IMG/VR virus record: IMGVR_UViG_3300031812_000001
Coordinates: 2,474-66,473 of that record
Source of the DNA: a virus
Length of the DNA: 64,000 bases
Strand: one strand, 5' to 3'
Positions 32,201 through 36,895 of the stretch are shown here, one piece after another; within the stretch, counting starts at the first letter, position 1; every line of letters begins with the position of its first letter. Under the pieces are notes generated by a model, which worked only from the letters and a program-made list of their open reading frames with translations, was not told the DNA's origin and searched no databases. Position numbers and translations under genes: made by a program.

Positions 32201-32819
32201 CAAATACCGGCACTCGACCTTGGGCCGCCTGATGTGGGGAGCAGGAAACGAGGTCGGATACCTGAACTTCGGGTTCTTCAATCCCATCGTCACGCGCGGC
32301 GCCAGGGCGCTTGGGCTCCAGGAGGCATTCAACACTCAAGCGCTGGGCGGAAATTTTGACCAGGCGCTGGAGGGCGCGGTCCGAGGCGCGATCAACACCT
32401 TTGCTCATCCGGCCTTAGGGCCGATCCCGAGGGCCACGTGGACGGCTCTTTCGGGGACCCGTCCGTATCTCACTGGCTACCGGGACATCACCGGCAGCAT
32501 TTCGCCTCAATTTTACAGGGTGATCCCGCGTGACACGAAGCCTGGACGCGAAACGTTTGGTCGGATGCTGCTGGCCGGAACGTCCGAGGTAAACCCGTTC
32601 TATCAGTCCCTGGCTGAGGCGACCGGGCTGGTGGGGGCAGATCGTGAGAACCGGGGCAACGCATACTTGCGGATGATCCTAGACCTAACGGCGCCAGGTT
32701 TGGTTGGTGAAGCCTCAAAGTGGGAGGTTCGGGCGGAGACGCTGAGGAGGCAACAGCAACGGTTTTGGGGCCTTCGGTCTGGCCGCGTGCCGGACTTCAG
32801 CAAGGCATCTGGGTTCTAG
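14202..32819 (+). CDS. Giant (6205 aa) injected polyvalent protein: SLT lytic transglycosylase + repeats + DarB-like N6-adenine methyltransferase/SNF2 helicase + C-terminal helical domain
   Basis: SLT: QESGF, GIMQL, ALAAYNAG, ETRKYV (about 14250-14600). MTase: VLEPGMGVGNF and VIGNVPFG (about 25020-25240). Helicase: HSVGSGKT, LFVDEAD, ATGTPISN, GMNVQ, EQADGRIER (about 27070-28700). GGAGG RBS. Confidence 0.85.
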   Translation: MSNVPASFIPDPTPDEVKAELQRAAQRYGVDPNLVIRVARQESGFRADLASPKNALGIMQLLPGTARDLGVDPADWRQNIDGGVRYLRQMLNRYQGDLQKALAAYNAGMKNVDRYGGVPPFEETRKYVRAITGTPATFIPDEGSKPTETKDPAPGYREPKSFSLDETFQAPAADGFPEGVESESKPPEPFAGRIPSADEIEAASIRISTLKTVLQSQAEELRKRQQELAKEAERLNSVGATPEQLQDFQRRVMLHDADRMQLEHGLRSLEEQVKDYNAGVSAFQENLKRYESLTVPPGAEKTGLPGVPMQVREPSRGVPAQVKVGRGGAEYGYVPPEDVPKGEFRDYMTKVFTGQVVDEALAPKPTDTTAESIAKGVVKVGLGLVSPQALATMLAAGGLAGALRAAVNSPKVANALSRLPNFTGIMKATEVAAETAVPAAFTALAGKGAVEGALATKSAFEKGETPAATQYTVETIANAILAALGAAGTAKAYLRTTEAYPAGPIPESDAARYRRLKTGVQEGSALMRSGRTMAAKAWLEQARRIAEEDWAKVFSEPIRLQLGQKVVRVEFAGSTQPKTHDMRGRPIFQVVDESTGAILTSGEPSSVAHYLEHRGAKRIAAPKEEDVASKIAELEDELADARAAVESRNWIRTASEQELLKEKDRLERFLAKVREVKSSGQTPKDEATVFSVQQDLELISRRLAGKDVPPDTFSELEVKELEAEINRLRSKPDAAQGGSATPQTPGTEPAQAPGAEPMPEPGKVYLGRAGEVKVVEVKDGHVRFERTIGKTTVIGTMPLDSFQRSFTRLPETGQAPASATQTQQQRPETGTPTSETPQAQSSTAPSEPESTEPPTTPEGRIADHKNPQPGDVFEIPGAGKFHVTNVDSERVYYDFYPHNKNNKVNRGLSLERSVFAGYKSIRPVLFEPTQATTAGAAQSHEGAVRARLPRDLAGATPRYNYGSKSFELQFESDLDRAAYIAAQPKPSKRDEDYVRFVSEATGMSEDEVRAYGRRVRDAIKGLAKGSESGKLLIPDDISGQFLRPTAQTPVGATQTQPAPQEGPAAQSTEPATAVQSQTTEQTGAPSQAESPTVQSALPEPQPGQVYEDDSGLVKIVEVRDGRVVYEDARGSGDRWTRGLEAFLKTFRGPILPAPSGPRASSSAAHTAPVTPAPTVRPTATTEPAQTGQPTETTKTPASFIPDEPQQAAEPQAAETTEQQAGATLVQPPALPSQPESKTTETPIQTEGISTPATFVPDQRIASGAESPSPARGASTNRRIEDLKAKINILEGANARLLAAFADKDHPAIVENNQSISGARKELERLQSEGAAPQEPTRTESPLPELERQIVELESDLRDASARYEQADEYTVAREEALRDMYEISTKLDALRQEASRFNPLLVEQEGAHPHLGLPEIPRGKDSFYDSMMAEVPDLAHAASESYGYEYEKWLKGGKSGSPPKIPSGTEVVQREFAEYPEKWRKAAARRFDNRFLEDARNFLQGLYREGDISELPPELFPEEAASKPQPTPAEQLPAQPEGAGLQEPEPQAAETSEPESRSPAETAAQPSPLAQMTPAAAQPTEASLRPFAGAAESVMAQGPFSRATPPVGTPERQAMVEGVENARKDYEQKVWALNDLYRDLNKTSPRSPLYSEIEDKISRQAMVVDAAKEELEAKRRSVGLALLEDAAEASGSPFHKILGHLHRFGTDLTQDQRNVLLRAAEEEVRRLMAQVNTGGLRYDAELTPEQRERSIRAAAHGVVARAHENPEVAAKPLTPEDLATEIDRQQDEIFAEKVKDQIREIARELREAGIDGADEISRLVDFVLPGEDHRGSLESARARAKELREKHEQREREKAERQKSLIESLKPLSEAPKGTWKDWGGTASAPGRLVTDGVFIFDREAVKTKIPDSVLKRQEGKREVSQEDARKLWTQIVGSAGQELVPLGAVADPERSYSDFAFFATPDGTKLYPAPLKLVKLAFDKIGATSARSALHRYRGQGRTADAIVFYKGDVPLALCLTARTDIYFDPKLAMERLGIPVAPQQASGPNAVDEILSQYSVVRSTPRAGAERREQLEQKLKEARQKYEEALRVEQALTKELRKEGSIEKRKLIEGRLEKAENDTTETKIKFDQLNVESLVAAIEDAAEQHQDRLARLSAFLNLFGELIESKEHQWKAINSELEKEALQYLWSIATDLDPHLTDEQRKQSRQEAARTLVRAVGHDQEAAADPRSALKGRLDRNQRSYIERWVKEQVQQIKESLWEEHGIVLPEIEEFQLNPDVNPLEEFEKIKQRASQKIAELYEAPGTSLFQQPAETRQPEPEPEPEPKPSSPPSGAETEAQGQPVAIPNEIRSILLKYPVVRTTPAPGTPERERLQSQYQKADDTYAGLVNAVAHAKRDLGKYPRGSKRYALVQKRLERAEEKQDESFRKLRELRDLLRQAELEDWALQDDNPLIKVGSHLWLLGELMLPDDASELREWVERQAFRLVRAATDDQYAPHLTPEELERSRENAARELASEIMKASPDIAANPVARANKWFTLSNRDKLLRKATLEIREMLGRLRRDYGFDSQELKDIAEQLRILTIDPIKALEKARSYFDDTIKTLDNQRDAYTLRLKPVPAHESYVSGWPGNLVKPGRFIGDRDRGIDSRALPEEIRAELSEAQEGETPQIDQSEIEVLFERALSEPKTPLASLGIVDGALAYYAEPGGSAAYAIPARIATLAENVMGADEISLFEWAMTPRVVFFRSGKPVAVASAVQDAPRINPRLALDRAMGTKTVQAGWSPRWTETVPEELKKNFGGSAWRYFERLRHQARGLLAFIEAFPQHETEARWTPGADKLRQENQRRIDAAKQQYVSVLADAEKNLGREARELLHDQVMRKSPLMPPGDPEAFDDFWNGLRVNDRIAVPNGVIRVTDVESLSLQAVVPGVGSFGLPSRRVTKIAAHVPGEDGAKFFSSSDLKSYLYPGSGVSGADSIPSQSPQPTPAKSESPSRYALSGDTYRHRQQIKKLGGRWIPEEKVWVIPAENVSKAQRLSRKIEIKPYWGKEQATEGAKAATPEPLPPQAPKEEAENPNHRPERVLAKAKEILSKLTDSQWTGIRHGMFPAEVMDEARAQGYDMPALTKTLMELASKRKRSALEAEEEENERLTILFAIDKRGPIEVSELLGLPEVSGIKHTRVLDHLYRMEFHGLVKEVEDETYVLTDTGRLMISSGSETTEGELPSPSGGFTYEILVNGSWQPSGAVFESKEDAEIAATSELSRLRESEDYRIIELNQGAPIDQEVVAELKRKGTAQRGDVSAKIVVHPSIVGAPEAGEAHWAVELTAGGNRQMLEAEPMTFEQAVESAARALAESAGSTITKGDQSHGETQTETDQPGRRPGSDSGSRPQNVRRGSQGQSQARPAEPDDSKALAGVLSENLSESQAGRAPSQHGAGAGDHDDRAGVQSVEGRTGRGSGAGDSRPGVLASHGQRAVSVDATPTGNIEGDFHLSVEEAVRIETGGAKTKARNNLEAIRIAKQLIEEKRPATPEEQEKLARFVGWGDAELVTGMFTARDSSWDELRGQMDSLLTLEEYEAARLSTLNAHYTRRDLAFEMWQLAKRLGFRAGGTVLEPGMGVGNFFMVMPKDLMPGTRRVGVEMDELTGAIAKALFPNSTVLIEPFQKTSLPDNYFDLVIGNVPFGKIEVVDPAFRREPFITRNIHNYFLAKSLLKLRPGGVLIAITSRHTMDAKTGKWFRAWMSERAELLGAIRLPRETFQRNAGTSVTTDILVLRKRVPGEAPISSETWIEAPEITTEDGQETFSINEYFYRHPEMMMGVMRPGQQYRRGYPELFGVFSIKHLTDLFEKFPENVIPSWSETSRAEAVSEQAYPDARFIKEGQFAIVNGQVVQKDGLHLRPVVESKQKLERIKGMIEIRGAAREVIRTQLYSDDDAELAKAQKELNEVYDRFVKQHGYINDPRNAKAMSEDPDWPLLSALENWDPVNKTATKSDLFSRRTIHKPKPVEKVDTAREALAVSLAETASVNWERMKQLTGKSESELQAELTGLVFKDPLTNNWVTADLYLSGNVRQKLRDAEFAAQRDPYYQVNVDALRKVQPKELNPSEIDAVVGATWIPDEIYSRFLQETFGASTRESEKPVQQVPILGTFVVARDIVVRSRAANELEYGTPYFTGVDLFTLALHKRVPVAYDYIRVPTGSGGYRDIRVRNNDATIAAVEKQMKLIERFERWFWEDPERAKVMSELYNELRNNLRFPEFDGSHLTFPGLNRDWLRNGKPDKHQVDGVWRIIQVGNTLLAHSVGSGKTLTIIMAVMELRRLGMARKAMIIVPNHLVAHWAREFLRAYPSAQLLVPDKEDYSPKNRKKLMARIAVGNFDAIIVPMSSFEKLPVKRETYERFMREQLAEIDAAIEELSRGSQDDAELGTRASSSRKKRKNGNPTVRRLEKRRAQIMARLEKRLRQWEKDDGVTFEELGVDWLFVDEADMYKNLGYISSIRNVAGLPNADANRSNDLLMKARHVMGLHGGRRGLVFATGTPISNTLAEVWTMMRYLMPDYLHQVGFDQFDAWAGTFAQLTAQFEIAPESNRLMSRLRFRSFNNAPELMQMFRLIADVRTKEQLGLPSPPIYQGGPITISVPATEEQKEYIRSLGDRADQIRSGLVEPEEDNMLKLSSDGRKAALDMRLIDPKLPRNPNGKVQRAIENILQIAKEFEQYRATQLVFLDLSIPRADGGDETGAGAEVEAGPEAERFNSVYHDIRNGLIKGGMKPSEVVFIHDFKTKEALNDLYKKMNSGEIRVLIGSRSKMGPGMNVQERLIAVHHLDVPWRPRDLEQADGRIERPGNKLWDEHKIPVRIYRYVTEGTFDAFMWEAVTSKAKPIEMFMKGDTSVRRIEDVSEVVLSYEQAKALASGSPLIRENIILGQEIRKLQLLHSQWMEEIRMAEGQLAQRTAHLKRVREQIPLYREASEEIKNNQTFEWGDHVYSGEDIRDKGIPAMIGYLKSLGPIETKMTLRGRYRGFDLSAEPNSRVFFTITLHSDSNGLKAGVYHHDKSSGKVYKVKSRRPDRKFITVNDIIYEQVEDPEAKDKLMKSGGGMTLESHWPLDYPKIELKRGTISESVEIDYNNPGRTHKSIDAALERVASRVKELEEEADNTEKDIVKLESMRNKPFDRAEELQRKLQRKQELEDLLGMNRTDAQAAAAVEQASEDEVSEEVDAAGDREPDEADAIRVMQKTPGVPVLPEWCRSRMMMVETAYNHKESKQVYMVGRWLAAYLSDRSTRRNRWKVVHAGSGKEIASFEYPADASLFVKTLEEKIPSELSQPELSHEAEEKIYRELREYKPTHLDPMSIFQRTLEDLRAKWREQRGLNAPPQENRLGPEAGSAPMLVDLAQWLANRFGSDAPKANYTGLGAFSYGKAVAKNWLVRNLSVLEKVSPEAHEAAVRAASAKGQAVATLRAAIPPILDALKGSGHTWEELRLALIESRLRGIRQRWLNLADQAEEMTDEQTKQAFDDALADLVSEISGRAGLPKEAIQTAAALAEAQEWEGLRLFLADLFRDAASRVATVMEEGWFDEVRNDPNVRRALQIYKSTVEAAMAESHALNEGIFSDALGPLQTYYPLVPIGKERPSAPLRRVPYHKPKNLANYFATGLSEAYDVGMESLRDRLTANILANDRAHLLRVLEQEGLVTPAVPGQRTFIGENGQEYLGVRVEIQPARTIIRETGEVVNIPPRMGVMPAQLYGELKPILESDNWSKADVIARILKAVNELALVGPFDFVFHTANLMGTLVANTPFLEKSIRGGVLSLPVLKRFYAIVKSVSTDPTTEEAARDIIEMAKIGLVPDRYASVTFSKRLAEELGAKQRFTLGPILYGPRGLDIRARLLMYRLAKEINPDAGKREIREFVNQLGNYVFSLQGVIERALKSTFIAPFFTAGSSMIRNGINAWLGTGPIPKKGPALRLYQLLVSGAIGTIALWVLVYNALTGKWPWEDRRARLLQIPVGGGGGPIDKYRHSTLGRLMWGAGNEVGYLNFGFFNPIVTRGARALGLQEAFNTQALGGNFDQALEGAVRGAINTFAHPALGPIPRATWTALSGTRPYLTGYRDITGSISPQFYRVIPRDTKPGRETFGRMLLAGTSEVNPFYQSLAEATGLVGADRENRGNAYLRMILDLTAPGLVGEASKWEVRAETLRRQQQRFWGLRSGRVPDFSKASGF
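24292..24624 (+). CDS. Nested out-of-frame gene (TnpV-like helical protein) inside the giant ORF
   Basis: AAGGGGGA RBS 8 nt upstream. Globular helical sequence (HWREFCPKTYRSLKRAGRL...AREIADREYWLL), while the host frame here is low-complexity G/S/R/Q. Confidence 0.6.
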   Translation: MAKPKPKQINQDEDPDLTLEVVRKMSDEEAKANLKHVPLSLTILKHWREFCPKTYRSLKRAGRLHSTVLERAIMTIELACSLWKDGLDAVRAREIADREYWLLTDKELFP

Positions 32820-32851
32820 ATCCCAGAGGATTTCTCTGCTTGGAGGTGACA

Positions 32852-33265
32852 ATGGAACGGGTCTGTCTATACCTTGCCGGCGGACTGCTCGGCTTGATCG
32901 GCGCGGTGCTTGGGGGGGTGCCGGACGTCATCGTAGCTCTGCTGGTTTTGATGGGAATTGACATCCTCACGGGCGTACTGGCCGCGACAGTGAGCAAAAA
33001 CGTGCGCAGCTCGAGCTATTGGGTGGGCGTGGTTCGGAAGCTGGTGACGCTCTGTATTCTGTCTGCGGTGGCCGTTCTGGACATGATGGACGCAATGCCG
33101 GTGAAGCTGTTGTCGGTTTCGGCGGGCGCCTTCTGTGCGCACGAGTTCATCAGCATCATTGAAAACGCGGGAAAGAGCGGCCTTTGGCTGCCGCGCCAGG
33201 TGCTCGATGCGGTTGCGGTGCTGAGGGGGCGAGAAGTGGGCGAAAAAACCAGTGACAGGGAATAG
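32852..33265 (+). CDS. Phage holin (holin family 4-like)
   Basis: LLVLMGIDILTGV..A, SS..W.GV.RK and EFISIIENAGK.GL.LP motifs. Transmembrane segments; GGAGG RBS. Confidence 0.85.
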   Translation: MERVCLYLAGGLLGLIGAVLGGVPDVIVALLVLMGIDILTGVLAATVSKNVRSSSYWVGVVRKLVTLCILSAVAVLDMMDAMPVKLLSVSAGAFCAHEFISIIENAGKSGLWLPRQVLDAVAVLRGREVGEKTSDRE

Positions 33266-33280
33266 CTGTCATGGTATAAT
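33252..33280 (+). promoter_or_regulatory. Sigma70-like promoter for a leaderless gene, overlapped by the palindrome TGACAG-N7-CTGTCA
   Basis: GTGACA-17-TATAAT with an extended -10 TG; ATG 6 nt downstream. Confidence 0.7.
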
Positions 33281-33286
33281 CTGGTC

Positions 33287-33529
33287 ATGAAGATTGACCA
33301 ACGTGTTCGTGCGTTTTTGAGTCACATCGGGAAAATTGGCGCCCAAAGGGGCGGATTCAGGGCGTGGCAGGCAAAGCTCACCCCTGAGCAGAAAAGGGAG
33401 CACGCCAGGCGTGCGTCCAAGGCTCGATGGGCGAAGATGAGCCCGGAGGAGCGTTCTGAGCACATGAAGAAGGTTCGCGCCGGGGTCAAGATCTCGGCAG
33501 AGCGCAAGCAGTCCAGGCCCAAGTCCTAG
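33287..33529 (+). CDS. Small basic helical-repeat protein, candidate regulator
   Basis: GKIG..RGG..AW.AKLTPEQKREHARRASKARWAKMSPEERSEHMKK. Own leaderless promoter; directly upstream of int. Confidence 0.65.
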   Translation: MKIDQRVRAFLSHIGKIGAQRGGFRAWQAKLTPEQKREHARRASKARWAKMSPEERSEHMKKVRAGVKISAERKQSRPKS

Positions 33530-33599
33530 CCGCCGCTTTAGCCAAGTCAACCGCAAGTCATTGTCTGCAAGGGACTTATCTCTAGTCGCAGAAAAACCA

Positions 33600-33628
33600 T
33601 TGCAAATTTTTAGGTTCAGTGGTACTAT
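33600..33628 (+). promoter_or_regulatory. Integrase promoter
   Basis: TTGCAA-17-TACTAT, with an IHF-like caagtcattg element upstream. Confidence 0.55.
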
Positions 33629-33751
33629 CTAGTACCGGTACCGTTATGGTACTGAGCGGATTGGGACCGAGGTCCCATTACCACGCGACGAGGAGAATTT
33701 TCTGTGTCATCTGCGGTTCGGTTTGCTATGCTCCCATGTGAGGAGGAGAGC

Positions 33752-34942
33752 ATGGCGAGGAAACGATTGCAGAGGTTGGGACACCTCAGAAAAAAGGGCG
33801 GTAGCTGGATTCTGGAGTGGAGAGAGTACCGCCGGGACGAAAATGGGAACACGGTTGCGGTGAGGCGGTCCGCGGCGATTGCGCGGTACATTGGTCCGGG
33901 CGCAATCACGTCCGAACGTCAGGTCCGCCGGGAGATCGTGGACCCGATGCTTCGGGAGATCGACCAGAGGGCGATTCGCCCGGAGACCCTCATGACGCTC
34001 GCGGATTTCTGGCGGACGAAATTCGCGGCCTACCACATTTGGAAGCTAAAACCGGCTGGGCAAAAGCACTATTCCTATGTGTGGAGGAAGCTGGAGCCGG
34101 TGATTGGGCAGCGGAGGCTGGCTGATGTCACGCCGGAGGACATTGAAGAAGTTCTGGCTCAGTTTCATCGCAACGGCTTTTCCAGCCAGACCGTAAGGCA
34201 CTTTCGAAATGCGCTCTCGGCCCTGTTCCGGTGCGCCAGGAGGCTCGGCTTGTATTGCCGGGAGAACCCGGTTTCGCTTACCGAAGCTCCTCCGGTGGAG
34301 GCAGCGCGCAGGCCGGGCTACACGGTTGAGCAAGCCCGCCGGGTTTTGGCTTCGCTTCCTTCGCCGGTACGGGAAATGGCGACACTGAGCCTGGCGTGCA
34401 GCTTGAATGTGTCAGAGATGTGCGGTCTTCGCCGGAAGTGGGTGAATGTTGGCGAGGCTGCCGCTGTCGTAGACGGGGAGGTTTTGGCGCCCATGAGTCT
34501 GGCCGTGCGCGAGCACTACTACAATGGGCGCTACGGAAGTCTGAAGACTGGCCGGCGACGGCGCATCGTGCCTCTCACGCCGGAGCTGGTGGAGATGCTG
34601 CGGGGCGTGATGCTCCGCAGCCGGGACCAGTCGCCCGAGGCCCCGGTGTTCCAGAGCCGCAGCGGAACCCCCATTGATTCCCACAACGTTTCGAATCGAA
34701 TTTTCAAGCCCCTTGCCGAGCGCCTAGGCTTTCCGGTCACGTGGCACGCATTCCGGCGTGCTCACTCCACGCTGGCCGGACAGCTCGAGGGCATCCCGGT
34801 GGAAGACCGGGTGGCGATGATGGGGCACTCGGATGCGTCCATGACCCTTTACTATTCGATCTCCGACACGGAGCGGCGGCGGGAACTGCCGCGCCGGATT
34901 CTGGAGGAACTGGTGGGTGGCGCGGGAAATCGGACGCAGTAA
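33752..34942 (+). CDS. int: Tyrosine integrase
   Basis: N-terminal arm-binding and SAM-like domains; LKT, HAFRR, MGH and terminal Tyr (MTLYY). Adjacent to attP. The first catalytic Arg position reads Asn (SLNVSE). Confidence 0.9.
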   Translation: MARKRLQRLGHLRKKGGSWILEWREYRRDENGNTVAVRRSAAIARYIGPGAITSERQVRREIVDPMLREIDQRAIRPETLMTLADFWRTKFAAYHIWKLKPAGQKHYSYVWRKLEPVIGQRRLADVTPEDIEEVLAQFHRNGFSSQTVRHFRNALSALFRCARRLGLYCRENPVSLTEAPPVEAARRPGYTVEQARRVLASLPSPVREMATLSLACSLNVSEMCGLRRKWVNVGEAAAVVDGEVLAPMSLAVREHYYNGRYGSLKTGRRRRIVPLTPELVEMLRGVMLRSRDQSPEAPVFQSRSGTPIDSHNVSNRIFKPLAERLGFPVTWHAFRRAHSTLAGQLEGIPVEDRVAMMGHSDASMTLYYSISDTERRRELPRRILEELVGGAGNRTQ

Positions 34943-34962
34943 AAAAAAATCGCACCGGGGGC

Positions 34963-34991
34963 TTGACAAGCCAATACAGTCATGGTACATT
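34963..34991 (+). promoter_or_regulatory. Promoter facing attP and the early operon
   Basis: TTGACA-17-TACATT with an upstream A-tract; contains TGAC-N11-GTCA. Confidence 0.7.
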
Positions 34992-35057
34992 GGGCTTGAG
35001 AACGGCGATGAGGAACGGCGAGGACAGGCCGATTGGGGCGAAAAAAAGCAACGGATT

Positions 35058-35261
35058 TTGCCGTACCGTTGCCGTACCGCTCCATGCAAGCTCCTGGAAA
35101 CAGGCGGCTTACGTACAAGACGATCTGCCTTCTAAGCAGATGGTCGCAGGTTCGAGTCCTGCCGGGCCTACCAGTTTTCAATCACTTGCGGCTTCCTCCT
35201 CTCACGGCGCATCTGCCATGTTTTCGGCAGATGCGCCGTTTTTGCCGTCCTATTGCCGTAC
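35058..35261 (+). mobile_element. attP: core = 3' two-thirds of tRNA-Arg(UCU) (35123-35173), flanked by paired arm-type repeats
   Basis: atctgcctTCTaagcagatggtcgcaggttcgagtcctgccgggcctacca gives anticodon arm, T arm and CCA but no 5' part. TTGCCGT(A/C)C at 35058, 35069, 35242 and 35253. Confidence 0.9.
35204..35243 (+). terminator. Intrinsic terminator after the att core
   Basis: acggcgcatctgcc-loop-ggcagatgcgccgt followed by a T-tract. Confidence 0.75.
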
Positions 35262-35289
35262 TCAATCCACTTCGTCCTGCGGAGGAGCT

Positions 35290-35604
35290 ATGTCTTTCAA
35301 CCACCCCATCATGCTGATCCCAACGCGCGAGATGGTGGAGAACCTGAAGGTCGGCGACCTGGCGCTGGACTGCTTTGGCAACATGAGCCCGGTTGTCGAG
35401 ATCACCCGGCGCTGTGACGATGCGCGTGGACGCGCCGTGGTCTTCTTCTATACCGCCCTTGGCAGCGGGCGGGTGTCTGGCCATTACAAAGAGGGCAGCC
35501 TGGTGCGGACGGTCCCGCTGAGCCGCCTATACACCTCATGGGATCTGGACAAGCTGGAGCGGGAACTGTCGGGTTCTCCTGTTCCTGTTGGGGGGAGGCC
35601 ATGA
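35290..35604 (+). CDS. Hypothetical protein
   Basis: GGAGGAG RBS; ATGA coupling to the next gene. Confidence 0.65.
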   Translation: MSFNHPIMLIPTREMVENLKVGDLALDCFGNMSPVVEITRRCDDARGRAVVFFYTALGSGRVSGHYKEGSLVRTVPLSRLYTSWDLDKLERELSGSPVPVGGRP

Positions 35605-36182
35605 ACCTGACCTTCCACGAGGACACCCACGCCTACCGTCTGGACGGGGTTCCTGTTCCATCGGTGACGCAGATTCTCCACCGCGCCGGGCTGATCGACG
35701 ACACCTGGTTCACGCGCTATTCGGCTGAGCGCGGCAGCCGGGTGCACCTGGCCCTGCGCTATCTGGATGAGGACCGCCTGCGCGATGAAACGGTTTCTCC
35801 CTACGAGCAGGGGTTCGTGGATGCCTACAAAAGGTTCCTGGCGGATACGGATTTTGTTCCGGCCCTGATTGAGAAGCGGGTGGCGCATGAAGTCTACCGC
35901 TACGCCGGAACTCTGGACAGAACGGGTTCGCTTGGCGGTCCGTTTGGCGGTGCGATGTGCCTGATCGACATCAAAACAGGACACGCTCAGCCGTGGGCCG
36001 CCCTGCAAACCGCCGCTTACGCGGCATGTCTTCCCAAGGGCGCAAAATACCGGCGCTTTGCGCTTGAGCTGCGCGGGGACGGAACTTACCGTCTCATTGA
36101 GCACAGGGATTGGGGCCGGGATTTTCGGGTGTTTCTGGCGGCGCTGGAGATCGCCGCATGGAAAGGAGAGCAGGAGAGATGA
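35601..36182 (+). CDS. PD-(D/E)XK exonuclease
   Basis: H.YRLDG..VPSVTQIL, RGSRVH, YAGTLDR, IDIKTG and LQTAAY motifs. Confidence 0.85.
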   Translation: MNLTFHEDTHAYRLDGVPVPSVTQILHRAGLIDDTWFTRYSAERGSRVHLALRYLDEDRLRDETVSPYEQGFVDAYKRFLADTDFVPALIEKRVAHEVYRYAGTLDRTGSLGGPFGGAMCLIDIKTGHAQPWAALQTAAYAACLPKGAKYRRFALELRGDGTYRLIEHRDWGRDFRVFLAALEIAAWKGEQER

Positions 36183-36883
36183 GTGAGGCGGTAGTTGTTG
36201 TGGGGTTGGAGCCGGAGGCGATGGAGCTGGAACGGGCTGCGGTTAGCTGGCCCGAGAGAGCCAAGGCTCTGGTGGTCACGGACGAGCAAACCTTGAGCTT
36301 GGCATCAGACGCGCTGGCCGGCATCAAGTCGTTGCGAGCCAAAATTGAAGAGACCTTTGGCCCGATCATCAAGCGGGCTTACGAGGCGCACCGCGAGGCT
36401 GTTGCGCAGCGGAAGAAGGTGGAGGCGCCGCTGGAAGAGGCCGAGCGCATCATCAAGGGTTCGGTTGCGGCGTACCTGGCGGAACAGGAAAGGCTCCGGC
36501 AGGAAGCCGAGCGCCGGGCGCGGGAGGAAGCCGAGCGCAGGGCGGCGGAGGCGCTGGAGCGGCAGATTGAAGACGCGGAATCCGCAGGTGCAAGCCCAGA
36601 GGATATCGAGGCGATGATCGACTCTGCGCCAACCGTCGTTCCCGTTGTTTCGGAACCGAGGCCGCGGAAGCCGGAGGGGATTTCGGTCCGGACCACCTAC
36701 AAGGCTGAGGTGACGGACATGCTGGCGTTGGTGCGCTGGGTGGCGAGCAACAACCGGTACATCAACCTTCTGTCGGTCAATCAGTCGGCGTTGAATCAAC
36801 TGGTCCGCAGTTTGGGACCGACGGCGAAGATTCCAGGCGTGCGCCTGGTGGCACAAGGGACAGTAGCAGTTAGGACAAGGTAG
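36179..36883 (+). CDS. Coiled-coil recombination-module protein (Gp157/Gam-like)
   Basis: Coiled coil ending in KIPGVR; lies between the nuclease and annealase-like genes. Confidence 0.6.
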   Translation: MSEAVVVVGLEPEAMELERAAVSWPERAKALVVTDEQTLSLASDALAGIKSLRAKIEETFGPIIKRAYEAHREAVAQRKKVEAPLEEAERIIKGSVAAYLAEQERLRQEAERRAREEAERRAAEALERQIEDAESAGASPEDIEAMIDSAPTVVPVVSEPRPRKPEGISVRTTYKAEVTDMLALVRWVASNNRYINLLSVNQSALNQLVRSLGPTAKIPGVRLVAQGTVAVRTR

Positions 36884-36895
36884 TAGGAGGACAAC

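Noticed and set aside
35123-35173. Complete tRNA-Arg gene
   Set aside because: No 5' acceptor strand or D arm upstream; it is the attP core.
34741-35289. N-terminal extension of the 35290 gene running through attP
   Set aside because: A strong RBS at 35281 supports the shorter gene; the extension crosses a promoter, the att core and a terminator.
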